Positions 54,229 to 64,000 of a DNA stretch of 64,000 nucleotides are shown here, in pieces. The DNA is from an uncultured delta proteobacterium (lineage in GTDB: Bacteria > Myxococcota_A > Polyangia > Polyangiales > Polyangiaceae). Both the position numbers and the translations under genes were made by a program. The notes below the pieces were generated by a model. That model was not told the origin of the DNA. It saw only the letters and a program-made list of their open reading frames with translations, and did not search any database. Location of the stretch: positions 448,001 to 512,000 of the forward strand of contig CAWDXG010000001.1 in the NCBI GenBank assembly GCA_963806225.1. Direction: 5' to 3'. Position 1 is the first letter of the stretch; each line of letters starts with the position of its first letter.

Positions 54229-55485
54229 CTACCACGTGACCTGCACCGGCCAGGCCTCGTCCTGGTCGCCTCCTGTCCCGAGATAGCCCTGCTGGCCCCA
54301 GCACCAGACCGTGCCCTTGCCGCGCAGCGCGCAGCTGAACATGCTGCCGAGGCCGACCTCGGCGACGTCCGTGAGCGGCACGCGCCCTGGTGGACTGCCG
54401 CCGTTTCCGTACGGCGCGTCATAGCCGTCCCCCAGCTTGCCGTAGGCCGGCTGGCCCCAGCACCACAGCGACGCGTCGCCCAGCCGCGCGCAGGTGTGGG
54501 CGCCGCCGCCCGCGACCTGGGCCACGTCGCTGATCCCCGGAACCTTCTGCGGGCTCGAGAAGTGATAATCCTGCTCGTAGATGTCGGGCGGCAGCCCGAG
54601 CTGGCCGAAGAAGTCCGCCCCCCAGCAATGCAGGCTCTTGTCGGCGGGGACCGCACACGTCCAGTACCAGCCGGACGCGATGGACTGCACCCCCGTCAAT
54701 CCGACGACCTGCCGAGGCGTGGCCGAGCCCAGTGTCGCTCCGATGCCGAGCTGTCCGTAGCCGCCGCTCCCCCAGCACCACACCGTCCCATCCGACTTGA
54801 GCGCACAGACGTGATACTTCCCGAGCGCTACCTGCGTGGCGCCGTCGAGGCCGGGGATCAGCGCTGGGGTCGGGTCGAGGCCGGGAGTACCGGGACCTGC
54901 CTGGCCGCCGCTGTTCTCGCCCCAGCACAGCACGCGATGGTCGTCGCGCACCGCGCACACATCGCTTTCGTTCATCGCGACCTGGAGGGTGTGTTCGAGA
55001 CCCGGGACCGGCGTGGGATCGTGGACGTTGCCGTCTTTCGTGCCGAGGCCCAGCTGTCCCGAACCGTTGAAACCCCAGCACACCAGCGAGCCATCGCTCT
55101 TGATGCCGCAGCCGGAGTAGTCCCCGAGAGCGATCTGCTTCAGTCCGTCGAGAGCGGGCTTGTGTGTCGGCGTGGACCCGTAGAACCAGCAGTACACCGC
55201 GCCCTGCACGGTCTGGACGCAACCCTGCGTCGCGCCCACGTAGAGCTCCGCGGCCTTGCCTTCCGGTTCGGGTGGCGCCGCTTCCGCGTCGGCCTCCGCG
55301 TCGAACGAGTGCCCCCCTGCGTCGGGGTAGACTCCCCCCGCATCGCGCGGGCTCCCGGGCCCGTTCGAACGGCAAGTCCACACGCCTCCGCCGCACAGCG
55401 ACCCCCGTGAGCCGCCGCACCCGCAAGCAAGCAGGCCGATCAGCGCGACAGCAGGGATGTCGCCCGCCACAAGAAAGGTATGCAT
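54229..55485 (-). CDS. RCC1-repeat beta-propeller lipoprotein
   Basis: Repeats of type HxCA...G.V.CWG.N..GQLG (e.g. HVCALKSDGTVWCWGSGGYGQLG). LLACGC lipobox-like motif. Confidence 0.88.
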   Translation of the reverse strand: MHTFLVAGDIPAVALIGLLACGCGGSRGSLCGGGVWTCRSNGPGSPRDAGGVYPDAGGHSFDAEADAEAAPPEPEGKAAELYVGATQGCVQTVQGAVYCWFYGSTPTHKPALDGLKQIALGDYSGCGIKSDGSLVCWGFNGSGQLGLGTKDGNVHDPTPVPGLEHTLQVAMNESDVCAVRDDHRVLCWGENSGGQAGPGTPGLDPTPALIPGLDGATQVALGKYHVCALKSDGTVWCWGSGGYGQLGIGATLGSATPRQVVGLTGVQSIASGWYWTCAVPADKSLHCWGADFFGQLGLPPDIYEQDYHFSSPQKVPGISDVAQVAGGGAHTCARLGDASLWCWGQPAYGKLGDGYDAPYGNGGSPPGRVPLTDVAEVGLGSMFSCALRGKGTVWCWGQQGYLGTGGDQDEAWPVQVTW

Positions 55486-55650
55486 CGACCGTCCTCCCGC
55501 TCCGCCTGGCGGCGTCGCGGAAGCGCGCCCAGGCATCTTCTAGACTACCAATCCGGGCGTCGCGCGCCAGTTCCGTTGCGTGTCCCACCCGGGCGGAGCG
55601 CCGGGCGGGCGACAAGCTGGGCCGTGCGCCGGCAAGAGTGGCCAAGCGCT

Positions 55651-56145
55651 TCAGCTGGTGCTGAGCCGCGCGCGCAGGAAGTCCACGGCAGAGGCCATGC
55701 CGATGGCGTCCATGGGGGCGATGTTGAGGTCGCGCGAGACGGAGAGCAGGTTCGACTCGCCGAGCTGCATGTACCTCTCGAGATCGCGCGCGTAGTCGTT
55801 CATCGATCCGAGCACCGAGTCGTCGGTGGCCACGCCTAGAGCGTCCGGCCCGCTCCCGCACAGCGCGCGGGCCAGGCCGGCGGAAAAGCCGTCTTCGAGC
55901 AGCGTCGCTTCCAGATGCTGGCGGAACAGGCCGCCGAGGTCGGCGAGCTGTGCCTTGTCGACTCCGGGCACGACCACGGCGTAGAGTGTCAGGCTGCTGG
56001 TGAAAAGAAGGTGGCGCCGCCCGCTATCCCCGAGCAGGTTTGCGTACCAGTCGCCGAACGGAAAGCCCGGCGGCTCCTCGGAAAGCCCGCCCTCGTCGAG
56101 TCCCATGAAGGCGCGGAGCTTGCCGGTGAGCCTGAACATGGTCAT
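55651..56145 (-). CDS. Hypothetical protein (resembles DUF6933-type proteins)
   Basis: Motifs FGDWYANLL, LFTSSLTLY and SVLGSMNDY. The family name is from recall and was not searched. Confidence 0.6.
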   Translation of the reverse strand: MTMFRLTGKLRAFMGLDEGGLSEEPPGFPFGDWYANLLGDSGRRHLLFTSSLTLYAVVVPGVDKAQLADLGGLFRQHLEATLLEDGFSAGLARALCGSGPDALGVATDDSVLGSMNDYARDLERYMQLGESNLLSVSRDLNIAPMDAIGMASAVDFLRARLSTS

Positions 56146-56248
56146 CACCTCGACGATAGCAGTCCGCTCCGACGCCCGCGACCCTGTACGAGCACGACCA
56201 GCGCGGCCCGGTTGCATCATCCGCCGCGCCGATCCGTCACACGTTGGC

Positions 56249-57040
56249 TTGCTTCATCCCCGCACATTGCTCCAGAGCGCTGTCGTAGCGGGGACCGTCG
56301 CGGCCGCGGCGCCGGCCTTCAGCCAGACGATCCCACCCAGCGGCTATCCACCACCGCCCGCGGCGCGTGCGGCCGAACAGCAGACGATCCAGCAGCAGGC
56401 GCGGCAGGCCTGGCTCGATCGGCACCGCGCGGAACTGTGGGCCGAGGCGCAGAACGACGTCGACCGGGAGCGCCGCGACGCCTGGCTCGACCGCGGCCGG
56501 AGAGCTGTGCCGCCCGCCGTGACCATCACTCCACCGGAGCTGCAGTTCGCACTCGTCGGCACCCTGGGCGCATCGATGAGGTCGTTTTCCGCAAAGCATG
56601 GCCAGGTCGACACGGGGCTCGGCGGGCAGTTCGAGCTCCGCGCCGACTCCTGGTGGGCGATCCAGGCGGGCGGCAGCGTCGGAGCGTTCGGCGATTCGCT
56701 CACCCATCCGGGCTCGACCGCGGTCTCTGGCAACGCGGCGTTCCTGCTCGTTCCCGCCTCGTCGGACTCGCCCTACAACGACGCGACGCACGGCTATCTC
56801 GGTCTCGGGTTGCAGACGTTGTTTCCACTCGGCGGCGCCAACGTGCCGGGAGCGTACCTCGGCCCGTACCTGACGCTCGGCGCGGTCAACGTCTTTGGCC
56901 ACCTGCAGAACGGCTACGGATACGCGGGCATCGTCGTCGAAGGGCGCGTTGGTTACCGGTTCTCGCTTGGCTCGGCAAAGACCGATCCCTTCAAGGGTAT
57001 CACCACCGAGATCGTGCTCGGTCCGGTGCTGGGGTTCTGA
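56249..57040 (+). CDS. Exported protein, putative small outer-membrane beta-barrel
   Basis: Signal peptide ...APAFSQ, an N-terminal helix, alternating strands (GYLGLGLQ, EGRVGYRF) and terminal GPVLGF. TTG start inferred. Confidence 0.65.
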   Translation: MLHPRTLLQSAVVAGTVAAAAPAFSQTIPPSGYPPPPAARAAEQQTIQQQARQAWLDRHRAELWAEAQNDVDRERRDAWLDRGRRAVPPAVTITPPELQFALVGTLGASMRSFSAKHGQVDTGLGGQFELRADSWWAIQAGGSVGAFGDSLTHPGSTAVSGNAAFLLVPASSDSPYNDATHGYLGLGLQTLFPLGGANVPGAYLGPYLTLGAVNVFGHLQNGYGYAGIVVEGRVGYRFSLGSAKTDPFKGITTEIVLGPVLGF

Positions 57041-57915
57041 TGAACGCGCGCCTCGCTACCGGTTTATCGTTGCTCGCGTCGCTGGTCGTCGCGGCGCCGG
57101 CGTACTCACAGGTCCAGTGCACGCCGTGGAAGGGCTGCACCGTCACGGTCCAGCCGCCGCCCGTCTCGGCGCAAGGCCAGGCGCAGGGTCAGGGTTCGGC
57201 CAGCGCGCCGTCCGGGCAGACCGCCTGGCAGGCGGAGCTCGCGCGCCGCGCACAGTGGAAGGCGTACTTCGACTGGCGCGCGCAGGTGTGGGCCGAAGCC
57301 CAGGCTTCGATCGATGCGCGCGTGTACCTCGACGGCATGAAACAACAGGCTCGCCTGGTGCCGGATCGGTACGCATCGATGGCGTCGCCCGCGTATGCTG
57401 CCCCAGGCGACGCAACCGTCAGCTTCCCGCGGGTCGATATCGGTTTCCTCGGTTTCTGCGTCGGGGAGTACTCCGGTTCTGGCGGCGCGATGTACGTCGG
57501 CTACTGCCCCGCCTTCCGCTACCGCTTCGACCCGAACTGGGCGCTCGAAATGGATCCCGCCGTCGTCCAGGGCAAGTACGCGGGGCACGGTTTCGCGATG
57601 CTCGGCCTGCATCCCGGCGTGGAGTACGGCTTTGCCGTGGGCAAGCGCGGCCTCGCCGCGTCGCATCTGTACACCGTCGGCGGTCTCGATCTGTGGTTTC
57701 CCGTGTCGAATACCGACATCACGCCGACGGCGTTCCTCGGCGGCCATCTGGGCCTCGGCGCAACCCTCTCGGGCGAGACGTGGGGCATCGGTTTCGAAGT
57801 GCGCGGCCTGGTGCGCGGAGGGCTGGGCGACGGCGGCAACACTCTGGCGCGCTCGATGTCCACCTTCCGCGTCGGTTTCGAGATCCGCGCACCCGTGATC
57901 TACGTCTCGTTCTGA
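57040..57915 (+). CDS. Exported protein, putative small outer-membrane beta-barrel
   Basis: TGATG coupling, signal peptide ...APAYSQ, strands (GLHPGVEYGF, GGHLGLG, GIGFEVRG) and terminal VIYVSF. Confidence 0.7.
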   Translation: MNARLATGLSLLASLVVAAPAYSQVQCTPWKGCTVTVQPPPVSAQGQAQGQGSASAPSGQTAWQAELARRAQWKAYFDWRAQVWAEAQASIDARVYLDGMKQQARLVPDRYASMASPAYAAPGDATVSFPRVDIGFLGFCVGEYSGSGGAMYVGYCPAFRYRFDPNWALEMDPAVVQGKYAGHGFAMLGLHPGVEYGFAVGKRGLAASHLYTVGGLDLWFPVSNTDITPTAFLGGHLGLGATLSGETWGIGFEVRGLVRGGLGDGGNTLARSMSTFRVGFEIRAPVIYVSF

Positions 57916-58006
57916 ATCCTCCGGTCCGGGGTGATGCCCGCGATGCGCGCTCCCGGCATGACGCGCGCCAGCCCGGAGTCGATCCCGGCCGGTGGTGCGG
58001 CGCAAG

Positions 58007-59071
58007 TCACGGGCAGTATCGGATGCGGAGCACTTCGCCGCCGCTCGCTCCACTGCCGGCTCCCGTCGTGGCGGCGATCACACCGGGAGTGACGGCAAGT
58101 ACGTACGGCAGCGCCTGCGGGTACGCGAGAAGCGATTGCGCCGCGCCACCACCGAGCTGCGCGCGCCAGATGCCGCGGTCGGTGTTGCTCGCGGAGCTCC
58201 GCCCCGTCGACCAGTACAGGTAGTCTCCGGACACTGCCACGCCGAACGGCGATGACGCATGCGCGACGACGCTCTTGTCTCCGGTCTGCTTGTCGATGCG
58301 GTAGACGGCGCCGTCGCGCGTGCTGGCCCAGTAGAGCGACGCTCCGTGCTCCGCGAGGCTCCACGTGCCCTCGGTCGTGTCGAACAGCGTGCCCTGCGCC
58401 AGCTCCACCGGGTCGGCACCTCCGGGCGAGACGCGCCAGAGCGCTGCTTCGGCTGGATCCTGTTTTGCCGTGGCACCAACCTGGAAGAACAGGTGCGCGC
58501 CGTCGGCCACCAGCGCGGTCGGATCGCCGCCCGTGTGCGCCACCTCGTCCACCTCGCCGCCTTGTGCGGAAACCCGATCGACGGCGCCGTTGACCGTGAA
58601 GAACACGGTGCCGTCCAGCACCGCGAGGGCCATCGGACCGTCGAGCCCCGAGGCCAGCGTGACGGGTGTGCCACCTTGCTTCTGGATCGAGCGGATCGTT
58701 CCGGCATCGTAGTCGGTCCAGTAGAGCGCGCCGTTGTCCTGGGAGATCGCATAGGGCACCGTCTCCGCGTCGGTCAGCACTTCGGAAGCTCCGCCGGAGA
58801 GCGGCGCGCGGACGATCGCACCGACGCCATCGGGCCACGGGGTGCCCCACGTGGTGAAGTACACTGCATCGGAGTCGGCGATGACGGCGCGCGTAGCGTC
58901 GGGGCTGGTCCAGCGCGTGACGCTGGTGTCGGTACAGCTCGCGGGGTGGGATCCGGTCGATACCCCCCCCGCACCCGCGGCGCCGACGGCGTCGCCGTTC
59001 TCGACGACTCCATTGCAGGCGGACAGGACGACGAGCGCGGACAGAATCGAAAAGCAGGGAATCAAGCGCAT
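58007..59071 (-). CDS. Beta-propeller lipoprotein (YWT-type repeats)
   Basis: VLSAC lipobox, AGGAGG SD, and repeats VYFTT, LYWTD..GTI.SI.K.GG.P.TLA, LYWAS and LYWST. Confidence 0.8.
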   Translation of the reverse strand: MRLIPCFSILSALVVLSACNGVVENGDAVGAAGAGGVSTGSHPASCTDTSVTRWTSPDATRAVIADSDAVYFTTWGTPWPDGVGAIVRAPLSGGASEVLTDAETVPYAISQDNGALYWTDYDAGTIRSIQKQGGTPVTLASGLDGPMALAVLDGTVFFTVNGAVDRVSAQGGEVDEVAHTGGDPTALVADGAHLFFQVGATAKQDPAEAALWRVSPGGADPVELAQGTLFDTTEGTWSLAEHGASLYWASTRDGAVYRIDKQTGDKSVVAHASSPFGVAVSGDYLYWSTGRSSASNTDRGIWRAQLGGGAAQSLLAYPQALPYVLAVTPGVIAATTGAGSGASGGEVLRIRYCP

Positions 59072-59093
59072 GAAAGCTCCTCCTGCCCTGGTA

Positions 59094-59118
59094 ATGGGTA
59101 CAGCCCCGGCGCCGGATC
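59094..59118 (-). promoter_or_regulatory. Candidate ECF-sigma promoter, copy 1
   Basis: GATCC-ggcgccggggctgtac-CCAT upstream of the propeller gene. The same spacing occurs at 61099-61123. Confidence 0.5.
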
Positions 59119-59153
59119 ACGAAAAAGCACTCGCGGCGGCGAGCGGACGTCGT

Positions 59154-59735
59154 TCAGCGCAGACGTGTCCACTCGAAGTCGACGCTCTGACCGTCCGTCA
59201 CCGACACGACCAGCAGCTTGACGACGAGGTCGGACGCGCCGTCCCTGACGACGCGCAGAGCGTAGACGTGGCCGCGGAAGGGACGCGCGTGCCCAGTCGT
59301 GCTCATGGAAAGCTGCGACGGCGGCGTGCCGAGCACGGGCGCGGCGTCCGGATCGTTGAACTTCCCGGACTCGAGCGCGAGTGCGGCGTAGCCCTGCCCG
59401 CTGCCGACTGTCTCGGTCACGCCGAGTTTCCCGGCAACCGCTGCGTCGGGCCCCAGGTCGACGATGATGCCGCGTTCGCCCCCCTGCACGCCGACCGCGA
59501 ATTCGTCCGGGATCAGGTTCGCGTAGTCTATATGGCTGCCGGCGTTCCGGACCTGGCCGTTTTCGATAACGCTGCCGTAGCGGCCGCGCACGAAATCGAA
59601 CGTGTGGCGCAACGGATCGGCGGCGACGAGCTCGACCTCCCCGCTGCCGAGTTGGCCGTTTTCGGTGACCGTGACGTCGTTGAGGCACGCCGGAAGGGCC
59701 ACGAGCAGGACCAGGACAAGGATCCACTTCGTCAT
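59154..59735 (-). CDS. Hypothetical lipoprotein
   Basis: MTKWILVLVLLVALPAC lipobox. ATGA overlap with the anti-sigma-like gene. Confidence 0.75.
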   Translation of the reverse strand: MTKWILVLVLLVALPACLNDVTVTENGQLGSGEVELVAADPLRHTFDFVRGRYGSVIENGQVRNAGSHIDYANLIPDEFAVGVQGGERGIIVDLGPDAAVAGKLGVTETVGSGQGYAALALESGKFNDPDAAPVLGTPPSQLSMSTTGHARPFRGHVYALRVVRDGASDLVVKLLVVSVTDGQSVDFEWTRLR

Positions 59736-60481
59736 GGCGCCTCCACACAGCGCCGGGCGCGTTCCGAAAGCGGTCCGCCCGGATGGCGCGCGAGGAAGCC
59801 GCGCGCGAGCGCTGCGGCCCGGGCGCGGTCGCCGGCGCGGGCCAGCGCTTCGATGCGCAGCACGGTCGCCTCCGGAGCAAGCGCGCCGTCAGGGAACCGC
59901 GCGGCGTAGTCGTCAAGCGCGTCGAGCGCCGCGCGCGGCACGCCGCCGGACAGCGCCGAGCGCGCGCGGTCGAGCGCCGCGACTTCCTGCGCGAGGCGGG
60001 TGGACGGCGCGGCAGCCGACGCGCTGGGCGTCGCGGGCCGCGACGGTGGCGGGGGAGTGTGCGTCGTTGGCGCTGCGGACGACGCCAGGACAGGCACTAC
60101 GGGGCGCGAACGCTTCACGGCGGGCGCGGGACGCCGCGGCGGCGCCGAAGCAGCGCGGCGCGCCGGCCCGGCCGGGCGCTCGGCAAGCCTCTCGACGCCC
60201 ACGGCGCCGCCGGCCACGATGGCCCCCGACACCAGGCCGATCGCAAACGCCTTGAACACACCCGCCGCGATCGCGCTCGAACCGCCCGCGGCAGCGTGCG
60301 CCCCCTGCACGGCGGCGTGCCCCGCGCCCGCCGCAGCCCCCAGGCCGCCGACCGCGGCGAGCGCGCCGGACAGCGCCCGTCGTCGCGCTGCGCTCGGCGC
60401 ACTCGCCTCTTGTGCCGCTTCGAGCAGCGAGCGCTCGAAACCGGCATCGAGCAGGTCAGAGAGCCGCTCCGGATCGCTCAT
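59732..60481 (-). CDS. Putative membrane anti-sigma factor with C-terminal TPR-like domain
   Basis: Coupled to the ECF sigma (ATGA). One TM, a Pro/Ala linker, and LAQEVAALDRAR...YAARFPDGALAPEA..LRIEAL...FLARHPGGP. Confidence 0.75.
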   Translation of the reverse strand: MSDPERLSDLLDAGFERSLLEAAQEASAPSAARRRALSGALAAVGGLGAAAGAGHAAVQGAHAAAGGSSAIAAGVFKAFAIGLVSGAIVAGGAVGVERLAERPAGPARRAASAPPRRPAPAVKRSRPVVPVLASSAAPTTHTPPPPSRPATPSASAAAPSTRLAQEVAALDRARSALSGGVPRAALDALDDYAARFPDGALAPEATVLRIEALARAGDRARAAALARGFLARHPGGPLSERARRCVEAP

Positions 60482-61032
60482 GACGCACCTCCAGTCTGCG
60501 CGCGCAGGCGCCTGGCGAGCGAGAGGAATTCGCTGCGCGCGCGCCGGAGCCGCGAAGCGACGGTCCCGCGCGGGACGCCGAGCAGCGCGGCGGTCTCGTC
60601 GGTGGTCAGCTCCTCCAGCTCGAACAGCACGAACACCTCGCGCTCCCGCTCGCCCATCCGGTCGAGGATGCGGTCGAGCAGCGCCAGCCGCTCCTTCGCG
60701 GCCAGCAACTCTTCCGGCCCGGATCGTGGATCGCCGACGTCACGCTGGGGTAGAGTCCGCTGCTGGTTCCGCGCGTGGGCCCGGCGCGCATCGGACGCGA
60801 CGCGCAGCGCAGAACCGTACAGGAACGAGCGCTCGCTGCCGGGCCGCACGTCGGACAGGCGTCGTGCGAACACCACGAACACCTCCTGTGCGGCGTCGTC
60901 GACACCTGACGAGGGCACGCCCAGGCGCGCGAGCAGACGCCAGATATAGTCGAAGTGCTCGGCGACGGCAGCTCGCACCCGCGCTTCGGCATCGGCGCCG
61001 CTCCGCTCCGGGACTACTGTCTCCGTCGCCAT
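60478..61032 (-). CDS. ECF RNA polymerase sigma factor
   Basis: Region 2 HFDYIWRLLARLGV..DDAAQEVF and region 4 REVFVLFELEELTTDETAALLGVPRGTVASRLRRAR. Confidence 0.93.
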   Translation of the reverse strand: MATETVVPERSGADAEARVRAAVAEHFDYIWRLLARLGVPSSGVDDAAQEVFVVFARRLSDVRPGSERSFLYGSALRVASDARRAHARNQQRTLPQRDVGDPRSGPEELLAAKERLALLDRILDRMGEREREVFVLFELEELTTDETAALLGVPRGTVASRLRRARSEFLSLARRLRAQTGGAS

Positions 61033-62153
61033 CGGCACGTACTGTAGCCGTGGACGCAGCGAGGACGGTTCGGGGCCCGGGCATTCCACGTCCAGGTGAT
61101 GGAACAACGCGCGGCTGTGGATCGGAAAATCGTCGCGCCGGCGCCGATTCCAGCGATTCCGGCAATTTGCGGCACGAGGTAGGCCCGGCGCCGGGTGCCG
61201 CGCGCGGGCTGCTCGACCCAGAAGCGGTTCAGGGTCGTGGGCAGCTCGACGCCGCCCGAAAGCTCGAGGAACCAGCGCGGAGACAGCGCCCAGCGCACAC
61301 GGGCCAGCGCGTCCAACGAGAACCAGAACGTCGACGCGCTGCCGCCGGACGAAAGCTCGCCGCCGTGCGAGCCGGACAGCGCGCCGAGGCACGGCTCGAT
61401 CGACAACGCCGGATGCCGGGTGGCGACGCGCAGCGGACACAGCTCGAGGCCCGCTGCGACGCGGTGGAAGCTCGAGAAGGTGGCGTCGGACGCTGTGCCG
61501 CGGGCGTAGCCGAGCGAGGCGCGCAGGCCCGGCGATAGCAGCTGCGTCCCGCCCAGACGCAGCTCGAACGCGGCGCTGCCCATTGGAGCGACGTCCGGAG
61601 CAATGTCGCCGGTGACGCCGGCTGAAGCGACGACGGCGCCGTGCCAGCGCCGCTCGCGATGAACCGGCGGCACGGGCCGCGCTGCACGTCGCCGCGGCAG
61701 AAGCGCGGGGCGCGGAAGCGCTGCCGCGCGCGGAGCGGGGGTGGAGCGGGGCGGCGTTGAAGCGGCGTGCGGCGACGGCGGCGCGGGCGCGGCGGGCGCA
61801 GCGGACGCCCGCTCTCCGCTCATCGCCACCACGATGGCCAGCGCGAGCGCATCGATGACCTCGCCGCAACGGTCGGCCTGGAAGTGCCGCACGCCGCCGG
61901 AGGCGCCGTCCCAGACGAGAGCGGCGTCGAAGCCCGCTCCGGTGCGCGCCACCCGCACCGAAGCGTGGGGCGAGCCGGATGCCACGCGTTCGGCATCCGG
62001 CATGCGGGCGTGGATGCGCGCGACGAGCTCGGCGGTGGGAGGGCAACCGTGCGGCGCGGAGTAGTCCAGACTGAAGCGCGCCGGCGCAGCGGCGCGCGCG
62101 CCGCCTGTCGCAAACAGGAGCACCAGCAACAGCGCCGGCGGGAGGGCTCGCAC
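61014..62153 (-). CDS. Exported hypothetical protein with C-terminal beta-barrel-like region
   Basis: Signal peptide ...ARA, YSAPHGCP, and strands such as GLELCP and EPCLG. The natural end is probably GIGAGATIF near 61125. Confidence 0.7.
   Translation of the reverse strand: MRALPPALLLVLLFATGGARAAAPARFSLDYSAPHGCPPTAELVARIHARMPDAERVASGSPHASVRVARTGAGFDAALVWDGASGGVRHFQADRCGEVIDALALAIVVAMSGERASAAPAAPAPPSPHAASTPPRSTPAPRAAALPRPALLPRRRAARPVPPVHRERRWHGAVVASAGVTGDIAPDVAPMGSAAFELRLGGTQLLSPGLRASLGYARGTASDATFSSFHRVAAGLELCPLRVATRHPALSIEPCLGALSGSHGGELSSGGSASTFWFSLDALARVRWALSPRWFLELSGGVELPTTLNRFWVEQPARGTRRRAYLVPQIAGIAGIGAGATIFRSTAARCSITWTWNARAPNRPRCVHGYSTCRWRRRQ
61099..61123 (-). promoter_or_regulatory. 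Candidate ECF-sigma promoter, copy 2 (possible autoregulation)
   Basis: GATCC-acagccgcgcgttgtt-CCAT upstream of the sigma gene. Confidence 0.5.
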
Positions 62154-62273
62154 GGCCGGTGGAGTATCACGGTACTGCCCCCGCCGGGGCACTGTCAGGA
62201 GAGGTGCCAACCAGAGGGCGAGGCGGTCGCCTGCGCGCGCGCGGCGACCAGCCCTCGACATGTGTGCGGCGAC

Positions 62274-63164
<891 letters not shown>

Positions 63165-63208
63165 GGGGCGGCTTATAGCGACGGACGCGCGTCGCGTCGA
63201 CGCTGGGG

Positions 63209-64000
63209 CTAGGTGCCGCCCCCGGTGCGCTCGACAGCCGACTGCAGCAATAGCTCGATTCGCTTGGGGTCGACCGGCTTCTCGAAGCGCAGGTTCGGTG
63301 CCGAGGCGAGCAGCGACTGGGCGCGTTCGGTGACGGCGCCGCCGCTCAGGAACACGATGCGGCGCTCGAGTCCGCCGCCGCGGGCGGCGAGCCGCTCGTA
63401 GACATCCATGCCGGTCACATCCGGCATCATCAGATCGCACAGGATGATGTCGAACCCGCTATCCTCCTCGAGCAGCGCTAGCGCTTCGGCGCCGCCGGAC
63501 ATCGCGGTCACGTTGTGGCGTCTGAGAAGACGCTGCATCGACTTCAGTACGAGCTGGTCGTCGTCGACGAGAAGGATGCGATAGCGGTTCATCTTCACGG
63601 CGTGCATCGCGGCGCTCGAGCGGTGGGGCGCGAAATCCGCCGGGGCAGGAGGCAGCACCAGGCTCACGGTGGTGCCCGCTTCGAGGGTGCTCTCGATGCT
63701 GATCCGCCCGCCGTACTTGTCGACGATGTTGCGGCAGACCGACAGCCCGAGCCCCGTGCCGACGCCGACCGGCTTGGTGGTGAAGAACGGCTCGAACACG
63801 CGCGGGAGCACGTCGGGCGGGATGCCCTTGCCGTTGTCGGCAACCCGCACGCGGGCCTCTCCCGAGGGAGTGGTATCGACGCTGACGCGGATGGTCAGCT
63901 TGCCCTTCTGCTCGTCGCCGGCGGCCTGGGATGCGTTGACGAGCAGATTCAGCAGGACCTGCGCGAGCCGCGAGGCGTTGGCCTTGACGGCTGGCGCCTT
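63209..64000 (-). CDS. Hybrid sensor histidine kinase, C-terminal HATPase-REC part (5' end beyond window)
   Basis: Motifs QVLLNLLVNA, DNGKGI, FEPFFTTKPVGVGTGLGL, and REC ILLVDDD..CDLMMP..EKP. Confidence 0.93.
   Translation of the reverse strand, partial: KAPAVKANASRLAQVLLNLLVNASQAAGDEQKGKLTIRVSVDTTPSGEARVRVADNGKGIPPDVLPRVFEPFFTTKPVGVGTGLGLSVCRNIVDKYGGRISIESTLEAGTTVSLVLPPAPADFAPHRSSAAMHAVKMNRYRILLVDDDQLVLKSMQRLLRRHNVTAMSGGAEALALLEEDSGFDIILCDLMMPDVTGMDVYERLAARGGGLERRIVFLSGGAVTERAQSLLASAPNLRFEKPVDPKRIELLLQSAVERTGGGT

Noticed and set aside
55915..57040. N-terminal extensions of track ORFs (e.g. 55915, 22316, 23413, 47043, 48516, 62046 starts)
   Set aside because: The extensions overlap other real genes. 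True starts were reassigned from motifs, signal peptides and stop/start coupling.

Overview
High-GC chromosomal window, most likely from a myxobacterium (Myxococcota, Polyangiales-like). This is inferred from the MYXO-CTERM-like protease tail, the TraB-like TSP3 protein and the ECF/anti-sigma clusters. Housekeeping loci are ilvD, tRNA-Ala(CGC), dnaK, an RluA-family synthase, radC, a CinA-like gene, xseB, murA, hisG and menB. They are interleaved with many exported or lipoprotein genes of unknown function. No CRISPR array, prophage, integrase or transposase was seen. Main highlights: (1) A sigma54 signalling block at 12.6-22.1 kb with a CHASE hybrid kinase, a histidine-kinase-like protein that keeps its His but has lost its ATP-binding boxes (candidate ChpT-like phosphotransferase), a bEBP response regulator, four -24/-12 promoter matches and a phased array of palindromic enhancer-like sites upstream of an orphan ORF. 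(2) A lipoprotein protein-arginine deiminase with intact PAD4-type catalytic motifs, translationally coupled to an exported HEAT-repeat protein. (3) An ECF sigma/anti-sigma locus with a repeated GATCC-N16-CCAT promoter-like motif. (4) A coupled pair of putative outer-membrane barrels sharing a 'RAxxWAEAQ' helix. (5) A 95-bp REP-like repeat in two copies. (6) Frequent TANNNT-N6-8-ATG leaderless-style gene starts. A patch at about 36.7-38.6 kb is full of frameshifts, probably sequencing error. All product calls come from motif recognition by eye, not database searches.
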